Positions 29,204-38,318 of a DNA stretch of 64,000 bases are shown here, in pieces. A model generated the notes under the pieces. That model searched no databases and was not told where the DNA came from. It saw nothing but the letters and a program-made list of their open reading frames with translations. The position numbers were made by a program, and so were the translations under genes. Positions within the stretch are counted from its first letter, which is position 1. The number at the start of each line of letters is the position of its first letter. The stretch comes from Candidatus Thorarchaeota archaeon (GTDB taxonomy: Archaea > Asgardarchaeota > Thorarchaeia > Thorarchaeales > Thorarchaeaceae), in NCBI GenBank assembly GCA_016933575.1, contig JAFGAR010000064.1:40851-104850 (forward strand), written 5' to 3'.

Positions 29204-30349
29204 ATGCAGTTCGATTTCATAACTTGGCTTGACGGGCTTTATAATTGGTTCATCGGTCTCTTGATCTGGTTTTGGAATGTCATTGAATGGTTCTTCTTTT
29301 GGATCATTGATCTTATCAATGGAGTATGGGCCATAGTAATAATCCCTGAGAATTTCATGTTTCTATTCCGTTCTATTATATTCCCTGGACTCATCTTCAT
29401 CGTGCTTGCACTCATTTTCAGTATCTGGTTCATCCGGAAGACATGGGCACGAATTCAGGATAGACGTGGACCGACACATATGGGCAAGTATGGTGGTCTA
29501 CAATTGTTTGCGGATGCAATCAAACTCATGGCTAAGGAAACAATAATTCCCGACAAGGCAAGACGTTGGGCTTATAGGATTCTACCTTCGTTACTCCTCT
29601 TAATTGTACTACTTCCCTTCGCATTCATACCCTGGGATCCAATATGGAATATTCTTGGAAATCCTGCCTTTCCCGACCTTTCTGTGAGCCTAGTGCTAGT
29701 CTTTGCATTTCTCACTGCAGTGCCTGTACTCTCACTACTAATCGGTTGGGTCTCAGGTTCCAAGTATTCTCTGATTGGAGGATTTCGAGCTGCAAATAAC
29801 CAATTTGCCTCCGAGATACCCATGGTCATTTCTTCTATTGGTCCTGCAATGCTTGCTGGTTCTCTGAGTCTCTTCGGAATTGTTCAAGCGCAGACCAGCA
29901 TCTGGTACATTGTTCTTCTCCCAATCAACTTTACCACCTTCATGGTTGCTGCAATTGCCTCTGTAGGAACGTTTCCCTTTGATGCTCCCGTTGCAGACTC
30001 CGAGATTATCTTCGGGTGGCGAACAGAGCTATCGGGCATCTACTTCACGTTGGTCTATTTTGCTGAGTTTGCCGAACAAATGCTTTACTCAGCCTTAATG
30101 GTTGTACTCTTCTTTGGTGGTTTTAATGGACTTCCATTCTTACCAGGAATTGTCAATTTCCTAATCAAGTGGCTTGTCGTATTATTCATCTTTGTAGTTG
30201 TGACATCTTCCTTCTATAGAATCAGACAGGACCAGATAGTGCACCTTTGTTGGAAATACTTACTGCCACTTTCAATACTTAATGTAGTTCTTGTCATGTT
30301 TGCAGTTGTCTACATACCAGGACTACTTCCGCTTGTGATAGGAGGATAA
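29204..30349 (+). CDS. nuoH: Complex I-like subunit H
   Basis: ARIQDRRGP, GGLQLFADAIKLMAKE, SKYSLIGGFR, PFD..SE..G..TE.SG, RIRQDQ..CWK; GGAGG upstream. Confidence 0.92.
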   Translation: MQFDFITWLDGLYNWFIGLLIWFWNVIEWFFFWIIDLINGVWAIVIIPENFMFLFRSIIFPGLIFIVLALIFSIWFIRKTWARIQDRRGPTHMGKYGGLQLFADAIKLMAKETIIPDKARRWAYRILPSLLLLIVLLPFAFIPWDPIWNILGNPAFPDLSVSLVLVFAFLTAVPVLSLLIGWVSGSKYSLIGGFRAANNQFASEIPMVISSIGPAMLAGSLSLFGIVQAQTSIWYIVLLPINFTTFMVAAIASVGTFPFDAPVADSEIIFGWRTELSGIYFTLVYFAEFAEQMLYSALMVVLFFGGFNGLPFLPGIVNFLIKWLVVLFIFVVVTSSFYRIRQDQIVHLCWKYLLPLSILNVVLVMFAVVYIPGLLPLVIGG

Positions 30350-30353
30350 TGCG

Positions 30354-30785
30354 ATGGGTTTCCTAAGTAATCTTGGTGAAATATTTCAAATCCTGAAACA
30401 CGTCTTTCGTCAAACATTCAAAAGACCATTCACTTACTTCTATCCATTTGAAGACAGACCTTATCCTGAGAGAACCCGTGGCAGACACATCCACATTCGT
30501 GAGAACTGTACTGCATGTGCTCAGTGTGTGAGAGCATGTCCTGTTGCAGCAATTCGTATTGACAAGGAAGATAGAAAGTTCGAGAAGGATGCAGCTCTCT
30601 ATTTTGATTATACGCGTTGCATTTTCTGCGGAGATTGCGTCAGTGCCTGTCGATTCGATGCACTTTTCCATACGAAAATCGTGGACCTCTCGGAGGGTGA
30701 CCGTGATGACCTTATCTATGGCCCTGATAAGATAACAAAACTCGATAGAGACCCTCTTGAGTGGCGTGGAAGGAGGTTCAGGTAG
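30354..30785 (+). CDS. nuoI: Complex I-like subunit I (2x[4Fe-4S])
   Basis: FTYFYPFE, RGRH, CTACAQCVRACP, CIFCGDCVSAC. Confidence 0.92.
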   Translation: MGFLSNLGEIFQILKHVFRQTFKRPFTYFYPFEDRPYPERTRGRHIHIRENCTACAQCVRACPVAAIRIDKEDRKFEKDAALYFDYTRCIFCGDCVSACRFDALFHTKIVDLSEGDRDDLIYGPDKITKLDRDPLEWRGRRFR

Positions 30786-32284
30786 TGTTGTTTGGAATTC
30801 CCTTCATGGCACTATCACTCGCCGTGATGTTCATCGGAGGTCTCTTCATCTACCTGTTCAAGGCTAGCATTGGCGATGCAGCTGGTAGAATTGCAGTTGC
30901 TGTGTCTCTTGTAGGAACCATCCTGATGATTCCTCCATTCTACGAGCTCATGATGTTTGGCTCATCCGTTGAAACAGCAGTATGGTCAAATCTACTTGAG
31001 CCATTTGGGCTGTACTTGGATCCAATTGCATTTCCAATCACTTTTGCTGTAGTAGTTCTTGGATTTCTATCAGTTGTCTATGCGGTGGGTTATACCAAAC
31101 ATACTGAGAACAAACCTACTTTTTTCGCAAATCAATTGTTCTTCATAATGGGAATGACATGGGTAACTCTTGCGACTAATATGATCGAGTTCTTTATAGC
31201 TTGGGAGCTTATGTTGGTGCCAAGCTACTTCCTGATTCTGTTCTGGGGTTTCCCTGAAACCAGAAAACGTACTGCTCTGAAATTCTGGTTGTACACACAA
31301 TCTGGAGCTGTCTGTATCCTGATAGGCTTTGGACTTCTCTATGCTCAGGGTGGTTCATTTGTTCTGGCAAATATTGTTGCTAATGGTGACCTCATCTTCA
31401 AGGTCATTTTCATACTTCTAGCTGCTGGATTCCTTGTGAAAATGGCAGTTTTCCCAATCCACTGGTGGTTACCACCAGTTCATGCTGAGGCTCCAACTCC
31501 AATCTCAGTCCTATTGTCTGGTGCTATGATTGAAACCGGCGCCTATGCTCTGGTACGATTCGGTACCCTGACCCTTTACGATGCAGCGATATCGCTCTCA
31601 ATCTGGGTAGCTGCACTCGGTGTTATCACGATGTTCTATGGCGGTTTCATGGCACTAGCTCAGGTGGACATCAAGAGACTCCTTGCTTACTCCTCCGTTT
31701 CACAGATGGGGTACGTACTATTTGCTCTCGGTTCTGTTACAATCATAGGTGTTTCAGGTGGAATGTTCCATCTCATCAATCATGCTTTCTCAAAGGGTCT
31801 GCTGTTTATGACCGCTGGAGCTGTTATTCATCAGACCGGACTTCGTGATATTAAGAAGATGGGAGGTCTCTCAAATAAGATGCCTATCACCGCCTTCGCA
31901 GCTGCCATCGGAATGATGAGCATTGCCGGTAGTCCTCCGCTCTCCGGATTCGCTTCGGAGTGGATGATGTTCCTCGGGGGATTTAATCGTGCTATAATTA
32001 CCGATCCATTTACCCATATTGTCCTAGGAACTAACTTACCATTTCTGATTTTAGCAATTTTAGCTGTTTCCAGCTCTATCCTCAGCGCAGCATACATGCT
32101 TCGTTTCTTCTGGCGAGTCTTCCTTGGGCCTCATCCCGAAGAGCTCGAAGATGTTAAGGAAAGTCCAAGATCCATGACCATTCCGATGATCATCCTTGGT
32201 GTCCTCATTGTAATCTTTGGAATATTCCCGAGCTTGGCACTAGATGTCATTGTCCCGGCGTTTTCGAGTGCACTTGGTCCGTGA
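30785..32284 (+). CDS. Extra antiporter-like proton-conducting subunit (NuoM/MrpD/HyfB-like)
   Basis: AWELML, VKMAVFPIHWWLPPVHAEAP, DIKRLLAYSSVSQMG, HAFSKGLLF, GFASEW; probable GTG start overlapping the nuoI stop. Confidence 0.88.
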   Translation: MLFGIPFMALSLAVMFIGGLFIYLFKASIGDAAGRIAVAVSLVGTILMIPPFYELMMFGSSVETAVWSNLLEPFGLYLDPIAFPITFAVVVLGFLSVVYAVGYTKHTENKPTFFANQLFFIMGMTWVTLATNMIEFFIAWELMLVPSYFLILFWGFPETRKRTALKFWLYTQSGAVCILIGFGLLYAQGGSFVLANIVANGDLIFKVIFILLAAGFLVKMAVFPIHWWLPPVHAEAPTPISVLLSGAMIETGAYALVRFGTLTLYDAAISLSIWVAALGVITMFYGGFMALAQVDIKRLLAYSSVSQMGYVLFALGSVTIIGVSGGMFHLINHAFSKGLLFMTAGAVIHQTGLRDIKKMGGLSNKMPITAFAAAIGMMSIAGSPPLSGFASEWMMFLGGFNRAIITDPFTHIVLGTNLPFLILAILAVSSSILSAAYMLRFFWRVFLGPHPEELEDVKESPRSMTIPMIILGVLIVIFGIFPSLALDVIVPAFSSALGP

Positions 32285-32294
32285 GGTGAATCAA

Positions 32295-34547
32295 ATGCTC
32301 TTTGGTCTACCAGAATATCTAATCATCGTCATTCCACTTGCAGGTTCCTTATTTGTCCCAATAATTGGGAGGTATAGTACTCGTGCTAGAGACTGGACTC
32401 CTGCATTGTTGATGGGCATCTCTATGATTCTATGCTGGTCTCTCATACCTGACATTGGATCAGTCCCTAAGACCTGGAATTGGATCAACATTCCTGGACT
32501 TGTGATTCCCTTTAGTATGCTTCTTGACTCACTGTCCGTCATCATGGGTGTACTTGCTAGCACGCTCTGTTTTCTCATATACGTGTACAGCACCGAGTAC
32601 ATGGCACACGAGGGAGATAGAGACCGCTTCTTCTTCCTGATGCTTGCCTTCGGGGGTGGTATGCTTACCCTGGTCCTCTCAAACAACCTCCTGATTGCGT
32701 TTATTGGATGGGAGATCATGGGATTTTGTAGTTACGGACTCATTGGTTTCTGGAATGACAAGCGCAATCCTCCAGAGGTAGACCCAACTGGCTATGAGTC
32801 AAGTAATCCGTTGCTGCAGTTCAAGACCGAGGGCGAGTACAATACTCATTGCGGAACAAAGGCTTTCGTGGTAACAAGAATTGGTGACGCACTGATGCTG
32901 GGCGGCATCCTGCTTCTATTTACATTCACAGGGTCATTTCTCTTTCAAGACACATCAATTGGAAGTCAGGCTGTTGAAGGTATTGCAGAACATGGCGGCT
33001 GGATAACTGCCCTAGCTGGTGTGGGTCTTCTGTTGCCCACGCTTTTGTTAATCTTTGCTGGCGCGATTGGAAAGTCAGGTCAATTCCCTCTGCAGGTATG
33101 GCTCCCCGAAGCCATGAGTGGTCCGACTGCGGTTTCTGCTTTGATTCATGCTGCAACCATGGTCAAAGCAGGAGTCTATATCACTGCAAGATTTCTCTTG
33201 ACAATCGTATCTGCTACAGAGACAAGCGGACACTCTTCATCTGCTATTGGGATGTTTCCGCTACAGATAGGCTTCCCTGATGCGTTCACCTTCTTTGCCA
33301 TAGTTGCAATCGTTGGTGCTCTCACCGCATTCATTACTGGTACAATGGGAATGGTCTCAAATGAACTGAAGCAGGTGTTGGCATTCTCAACTCTTAGCCA
33401 ACTAGGCTATATGATGCTTGCAATAGGTACTGCTGGCATGTTGACGCATTATGATGTTGCTTATCTGAGTAGCGTCATGCATGTCGTCAGTCATGGTGCA
33501 TTCAAAGCGTTGCTGTTTCTCTCATCTGGTGGGATTATCCACGCGTTACATACCAAGTATATGAGTAAGATGGGCGGGTTGAAGAAGTATATGCCCAAGA
33601 CCTTTGCGCTTATGTGGATTGGAGTGCTAGCGTTGTCAGGAATTCCTCCATTCTCAGGTTTCTGGTCAAAAGACTCAATCATAGAGCATGTATATGCACT
33701 TGGTGTTGAAACGCCTCTGGGAATTTTCCTGTTCATTCTTGCTATCGCAGCTGCGGCTTGTACAATCTTCTATAGCATTCGACTCATGGGAATGGTCTTC
33801 TATGGCCCATCAGAGTTTGACGAACATGACCAAGAGGAGGAATCAATCAGTAGCCATAATGACAAAGAGGAATCCGAAGAATCTCATGACGAACATCGCG
33901 GGGTACCCTCTGATCCAGGTCCAGCTATGATGATTCCGCTCTACATTCTAGCAGCATTCACTATCATTGCCTTCATAATCTATCCAATGATACAGAATAT
34001 TGTCCTCCAGACTAATAGGGACTTGTTTATCATATTTCTTGAGGATATGGTAGCTGCGAAATTTGGTCCAGAAGGTTTAGTTCCCTTCACACTCACCATT
34101 GGAGCACTTGCTCTTGGTGGGATTCCAGCCTATTGGATTTACATTAAAAACCAAGATACTCCAAACTCAATCATTCCAGAGAATGGAATTCTTAGGAAGT
34201 TGCACAACTTCTTGAAGCACCGCTGGTATATCAATGAGGGATACTATTGGTTTGTCAACAAGTTCCTCAGATTTGCTGATCTCTGGCGCAGGGAGATTGA
34301 TGAGCCTATAATTGATGGCATTGACTTCAAGTCTGCAGCCACAGCCCAGGTACTTGCGACTAAGATTCGATGGTTTGATGATAATGTTGTGGATGGTTTT
34401 GCTGAGGCCGTGTCAACAAAGAGTGTTGAAGCTTCTGAGGTTGGACTTGAGTCTCAGACAGGAAAGATCAATGACTACGTCGGAGTGGTGATTTTCGGAG
34501 TAGGTCTCCTGATCATCATTGGACTTCTATCATTGGGGGTGCTCTAA
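32295..34547 (+). CDS. nuoL: Complex I-like subunit L
   Basis: GWEIMG..SY.LIGFW, KAFVVTRIGD, GKSGQFPLQVWLPEAMSGPTAVSALIHAATMVKAG, GFWSKD, C-terminal lateral-helix region ending QTGKINDY. Confidence 0.93.
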   Translation: MLFGLPEYLIIVIPLAGSLFVPIIGRYSTRARDWTPALLMGISMILCWSLIPDIGSVPKTWNWINIPGLVIPFSMLLDSLSVIMGVLASTLCFLIYVYSTEYMAHEGDRDRFFFLMLAFGGGMLTLVLSNNLLIAFIGWEIMGFCSYGLIGFWNDKRNPPEVDPTGYESSNPLLQFKTEGEYNTHCGTKAFVVTRIGDALMLGGILLLFTFTGSFLFQDTSIGSQAVEGIAEHGGWITALAGVGLLLPTLLLIFAGAIGKSGQFPLQVWLPEAMSGPTAVSALIHAATMVKAGVYITARFLLTIVSATETSGHSSSAIGMFPLQIGFPDAFTFFAIVAIVGALTAFITGTMGMVSNELKQVLAFSTLSQLGYMMLAIGTAGMLTHYDVAYLSSVMHVVSHGAFKALLFLSSGGIIHALHTKYMSKMGGLKKYMPKTFALMWIGVLALSGIPPFSGFWSKDSIIEHVYALGVETPLGIFLFILAIAAAACTIFYSIRLMGMVFYGPSEFDEHDQEEESISSHNDKEESEESHDEHRGVPSDPGPAMMIPLYILAAFTIIAFIIYPMIQNIVLQTNRDLFIIFLEDMVAAKFGPEGLVPFTLTIGALALGGIPAYWIYIKNQDTPNSIIPENGILRKLHNFLKHRWYINEGYYWFVNKFLRFADLWRREIDEPIIDGIDFKSAATAQVLATKIRWFDDNVVDGFAEAVSTKSVEASEVGLESQTGKINDYVGVVIFGVGLLIIIGLLSLGVL

Positions 34548-36128
34548 TTGCAGGTAGACTCTACAACTTTGATAACAAGTATTCCAATGAATATCCTCGT
34601 CCTCATACTTGTCATTCCTCTAGTTGGTGCGGTCCTTGCATACATCGCAGGCAGCAAGGGTGCACGTGCAATCACACTCCTGATTACGACACTCGAACTA
34701 GGCTTAGCCCTTCTACTCATTCTAGGTACTCCTTCAGTTGGTCCAGATCCTGGTGGAATGAGTTACACATGGATCTATACGATTGCGAGACTTGGAACCA
34801 CTGTTGATTCTCCTGTCTTTCAAATCATTCTTGGTGTTGATGGAATCTCAGTAGTAATGATCCTCCTCTCCAATCTCGTCGTATGGATTGCAGCAATTGC
34901 ATCAAATCATATCAAGAACGCAGAAGGTGTATACTACTCCTTATTCCTGCTCCTGCAGACAGGCCTCCTTGGAGTTTTTGTATCTCTTGATCTCATTGGA
35001 TTCTTCATCTTTTGGGAACTTGTCCTTGTACCAATGTTTTTCATCATTGGCAGATGGGGCGAAGATGGAAGCAGACACGCGGCTATCAAGTTCTTCATCT
35101 ATACTCATCTTGGTTCTGCAGTAATGCTCGTTGGATTCTTCTACATCTATTTCATGTCTTATCAGTTCAATATTCTTGGATATCCAACTGCAGTCCCAAC
35201 ATTCAGCATGGTTGCGCTTCGGAACATCGGACTTGACCCAACCATTCAGATAGGTTTTGCTCTTGCCATATTCATGGGTGCAGGCGTGAAACTTCCAGTA
35301 TTTCCATTACATAACTGGTTGCCATGGGCTCACGTAAAGGCACCAACTCCTGGTTCAGTTATCCTCGCTGGAATTCTTCTGAAGATGGGTGGGTATGCAT
35401 TCATCAGACTCGGACTTTGGATGGTCCCAGAAGCAATGGCTAGACTTGCCATTCCCTTTGCCTTTGTGGCTGTCTTCACATGTATCTACGCTGCATTTAC
35501 CGCACTTGCTCAGACTGATATGAAGAGCCTTGTAGCTTATACGTCTATCAACCACATGTCATGGGTCCTACTTGGCGTTGCTGCGTATGCGGCTGCCTAC
35601 AATTCTCCAGATGCAGCTATTCGAGCTGCTGCGAACTTGGCTATCCAAGGTTCTATATTCATGATGTTCTCACACGGCACCATAATCTCTGTCATGTTCA
35701 TTGTAGCTGGGCAGCTCAAATATAGTGTAGGTACTCGTGAGATTCCCGAAGTTAAGGGATTGATGACACAGGCTCCTAAACTCTCAGCGATTATGATCAT
35801 TGCTACCTTGGCAGCTTTCGGTCTTCCTGGATTTAGTGGATTCATAGCAGAGGCACTGGTCATCTTTGGAGCCATTGTCATTCATCCGTGGACCGCATTC
35901 ATCGCGTTTGGCATTTTCTTGACAGTAGGCTACATGCTCTGGATGTTAAATCGAATTGTCTTTAGTGATATTGACCCCGAAAAAAGCGTGAATGAAGCCG
36001 CACGAAGCGATCTCATTGCTCCAATCCTCATGTTAATTCCTGTGATTCTGCTTGGGATTTGGCCTGATCTGATATTGAATCTCGTTCAACCAGTTGTTGA
36101 ACTGATGCTGAGCGGAGGTTTACCATAA
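34548..36128 (+). CDS. nuoM: Complex I-like subunit M
   Basis: GVDGIS, FWELVLVPM, VKLPVFPLHNWLP.AHV.AP, LLKMGGY, GFIAE; TTG start abutting nuoL. Confidence 0.92.
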   Translation: MQVDSTTLITSIPMNILVLILVIPLVGAVLAYIAGSKGARAITLLITTLELGLALLLILGTPSVGPDPGGMSYTWIYTIARLGTTVDSPVFQIILGVDGISVVMILLSNLVVWIAAIASNHIKNAEGVYYSLFLLLQTGLLGVFVSLDLIGFFIFWELVLVPMFFIIGRWGEDGSRHAAIKFFIYTHLGSAVMLVGFFYIYFMSYQFNILGYPTAVPTFSMVALRNIGLDPTIQIGFALAIFMGAGVKLPVFPLHNWLPWAHVKAPTPGSVILAGILLKMGGYAFIRLGLWMVPEAMARLAIPFAFVAVFTCIYAAFTALAQTDMKSLVAYTSINHMSWVLLGVAAYAAAYNSPDAAIRAAANLAIQGSIFMMFSHGTIISVMFIVAGQLKYSVGTREIPEVKGLMTQAPKLSAIMIIATLAAFGLPGFSGFIAEALVIFGAIVIHPWTAFIAFGIFLTVGYMLWMLNRIVFSDIDPEKSVNEAARSDLIAPILMLIPVILLGIWPDLILNLVQPVVELMLSGGLP

Positions 36129-37633
36129 TGCTGCAATTAGACATCTTGCTTGACAGCCTAAGGGCTTTATTAGCCCCTCTAAGAGACCTATTGCTCGCAA
36201 TTGTACCAGCTGAATGGATCATGTCCCTTCCTGCTATTACTCTGGTAGTCTTTGGATTACTTGCCCTAATGGTCGGACTTCGATATAATCCATTAGTCAT
36301 AAGCTTCATCGGTGTCATTCTTGCAACATTTGAGATGCTTCTGTTCGATCCCAGTGCTATGAGTGGCTATTCGTTTGGAACATTATTCATTCGCGATGCT
36401 TTCACCGATTTCTTCATCTACATTGTTCTTATCGTTGCTTTCCTAGTCTTGCTCTCTTCCACTCTTTGGGGGGGTGACAAAGGGACCTACAATTTCCTAC
36501 TTCTCCTCTCTTTTGCAGGAGCTCTCTGGGTAATTATGGCGACAGATCTTGTAGCTCTATTTCTTGCCTGGGAACTGATGTCCACGCCAACTTATGTTCT
36601 CGTTGCTCTTAGTCCAAGACGGGAATCTGTAGATGGCGCTACAAAATACTTCGTTATGGGCTTGCTTGCAACAAACCTCATGCTACTTGGCATTGCTCTG
36701 ACTATTGGTGTTACTGGAACCACTGACCTTCACACCATTGGAGTGTTCATTAATAGCCTATGGGCTTCACCAGCTGGTAGTGAACCAGCGGTCTACACAA
36801 TGCTTCTTGCAATGGTCTTGTTTATTGTTTCATTCGGATTCAAGGTCGGTATATTTCCTGGATGGCAATGGGTTCCTGATGCATATGCAAGTGCTGATGG
36901 TAGTGTCACTGCTTATCTTGCAGGAGGTTCTAAAAAGACAGGAGTGAGTGCCCTTCTACGAATCTTGATGGTTGCATTCTTTGTTGCTAGGACTGAGTGG
37001 ACTCTATTAATAGCTGGTGTAGCAATCCTAACAATGATCATTGGTAATCTATTAGCTCTCGCTCAGAAGGATATCATGAGGATGTTAGCGTATTCCAGCA
37101 TTGCGATGATGGGTTATCTCTTCATTGGTATCGCCGCAGCTAACGAATTGGGCATGGCTGCAGCTAGTTTTCATGCATTCACTCATGCAATAATGAAGAC
37201 AGCTGCCTTCATCCTTGTGTGGATGCTATCTTTAAGACTCACGAAGAGAATAACCTATGATGACCTCGCGGGATTGAACAAGCGAGCACCCATTGCAGCA
37301 GCTATGTTTGCCATACTGATGCTCTCTCTTGCAGGACTTCCTGTAGGTGTAGGGTTCTGGTCAAAATTAGTACTCTTCCAGAGTGCAATCCTCGCAGACA
37401 TGTGGTGGTTGGCTTTGATAGGTCTCTTGAACTCAGTCTTCTCCTTGGGCTATTATTTACGAATACTGAAATATACTTACATGATTGAACCTGTTGATGA
37501 CTCGAAATTAAATCTACCAAGAGTACCCCTATTTGCAGTAGGCATTTGTGTAGCTATTGTTCTCTTGCTGTTGGTATTTCCAAACCTTGTCCTTGATTAT
37601 GCCTTTCAAGCGGCATTGACCTTCTTCCCATAG
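36128..37633 (+). CDS. nuoN: Complex I-like subunit N
   Basis: AWELMS..Y.L, TKYFVMG, FKVGIFP..WVPDAY, RMLAYSSI, GFWSK, YYLR. Confidence 0.92.
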   Translation: MLQLDILLDSLRALLAPLRDLLLAIVPAEWIMSLPAITLVVFGLLALMVGLRYNPLVISFIGVILATFEMLLFDPSAMSGYSFGTLFIRDAFTDFFIYIVLIVAFLVLLSSTLWGGDKGTYNFLLLLSFAGALWVIMATDLVALFLAWELMSTPTYVLVALSPRRESVDGATKYFVMGLLATNLMLLGIALTIGVTGTTDLHTIGVFINSLWASPAGSEPAVYTMLLAMVLFIVSFGFKVGIFPGWQWVPDAYASADGSVTAYLAGGSKKTGVSALLRILMVAFFVARTEWTLLIAGVAILTMIIGNLLALAQKDIMRMLAYSSIAMMGYLFIGIAAANELGMAAASFHAFTHAIMKTAAFILVWMLSLRLTKRITYDDLAGLNKRAPIAAAMFAILMLSLAGLPVGVGFWSKLVLFQSAILADMWWLALIGLLNSVFSLGYYLRILKYTYMIEPVDDSKLNLPRVPLFAVGICVAIVLLLLVFPNLVLDYAFQAALTFFP

Positions 37634-37685
37634 AAATAGGTAGCAAGTAAATTATCATAGAAGGATGCAACTCAATGCTTTAAAT

Positions 37686-38237
37686 TCAAATCTCTGAATC
37701 TCTCTCCCTTTCCTGCAATATAGCCAGTTTGGTACATTCTTCGAATAGCTTATTGATATTGTGTCCTGTGCGTGCTGATGTTTCAAAATAACGGACACTC
37801 AACCATTTCCTGAGCATTTCACCAGCCTCTCGAGGAACAAGTCTGTCAGCTCTATCAACTTTATTTGCAACTAATGCAATAACAGCTTCTGGGCAGACAG
37901 ATCGGAAACTGTTGTACCATTCATTCACATTGAGATAGGTATCCGGTCTTGTAACATCATAAACAATGAATGCCATTGATGATCCAGTCATGTATCTTTG
38001 CCGAAGGTCTTTATACGTGGGTTGTCCTGCTAGATCCCACAAGACTACTTGCGTCTGAAAATGTTCTCCATCAATTTCAATATTTACAATCTTAACTGCT
38101 ATACTAGTACCAATTGTAGCCTTATACTGCTCACCAAATCTGTTCTCCGTGTATCGCATTATACAGCTGGTCTTGCCAACTGCTCCATCTCCTAATGCCA
38201 CCATCTTGAGAACATATTGCGGACCTTCATCAGTCAA
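37686..38237 (-). CDS. Rab/Ras-superfamily small GTPase (eukaryotic signature-type)
   Basis: G1 GDGAVGKT, G2 ATIG, G3 WDLAGQ, G4 NKVD, G5 ETSAR; no C-terminal Cys prenylation motif. Confidence 0.92.
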   Translation of the reverse strand: MTDEGPQYVLKMVALGDGAVGKTSCIMRYTENRFGEQYKATIGTSIAVKIVNIEIDGEHFQTQVVLWDLAGQPTYKDLRQRYMTGSSMAFIVYDVTRPDTYLNVNEWYNSFRSVCPEAVIALVANKVDRADRLVPREAGEMLRKWLSVRYFETSARTGHNINKLFEECTKLAILQERERDSEI

Positions 38238-38318
38238 GATAGTTACATCCTATTGCACTGCTCCGTTTAATAATCTGAGATTTAACCATTCTGGCAAAAA
38301 TCGATACTTTGATTTCAT

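Noticed and set aside
21586-30785. Selenoprotein (in-frame UGA) recoding in the redox genes
   Set aside because: All Cys motifs are intact within continuous ORFs, no gene appears split at a TGA, and no convincing SECIS was seen.
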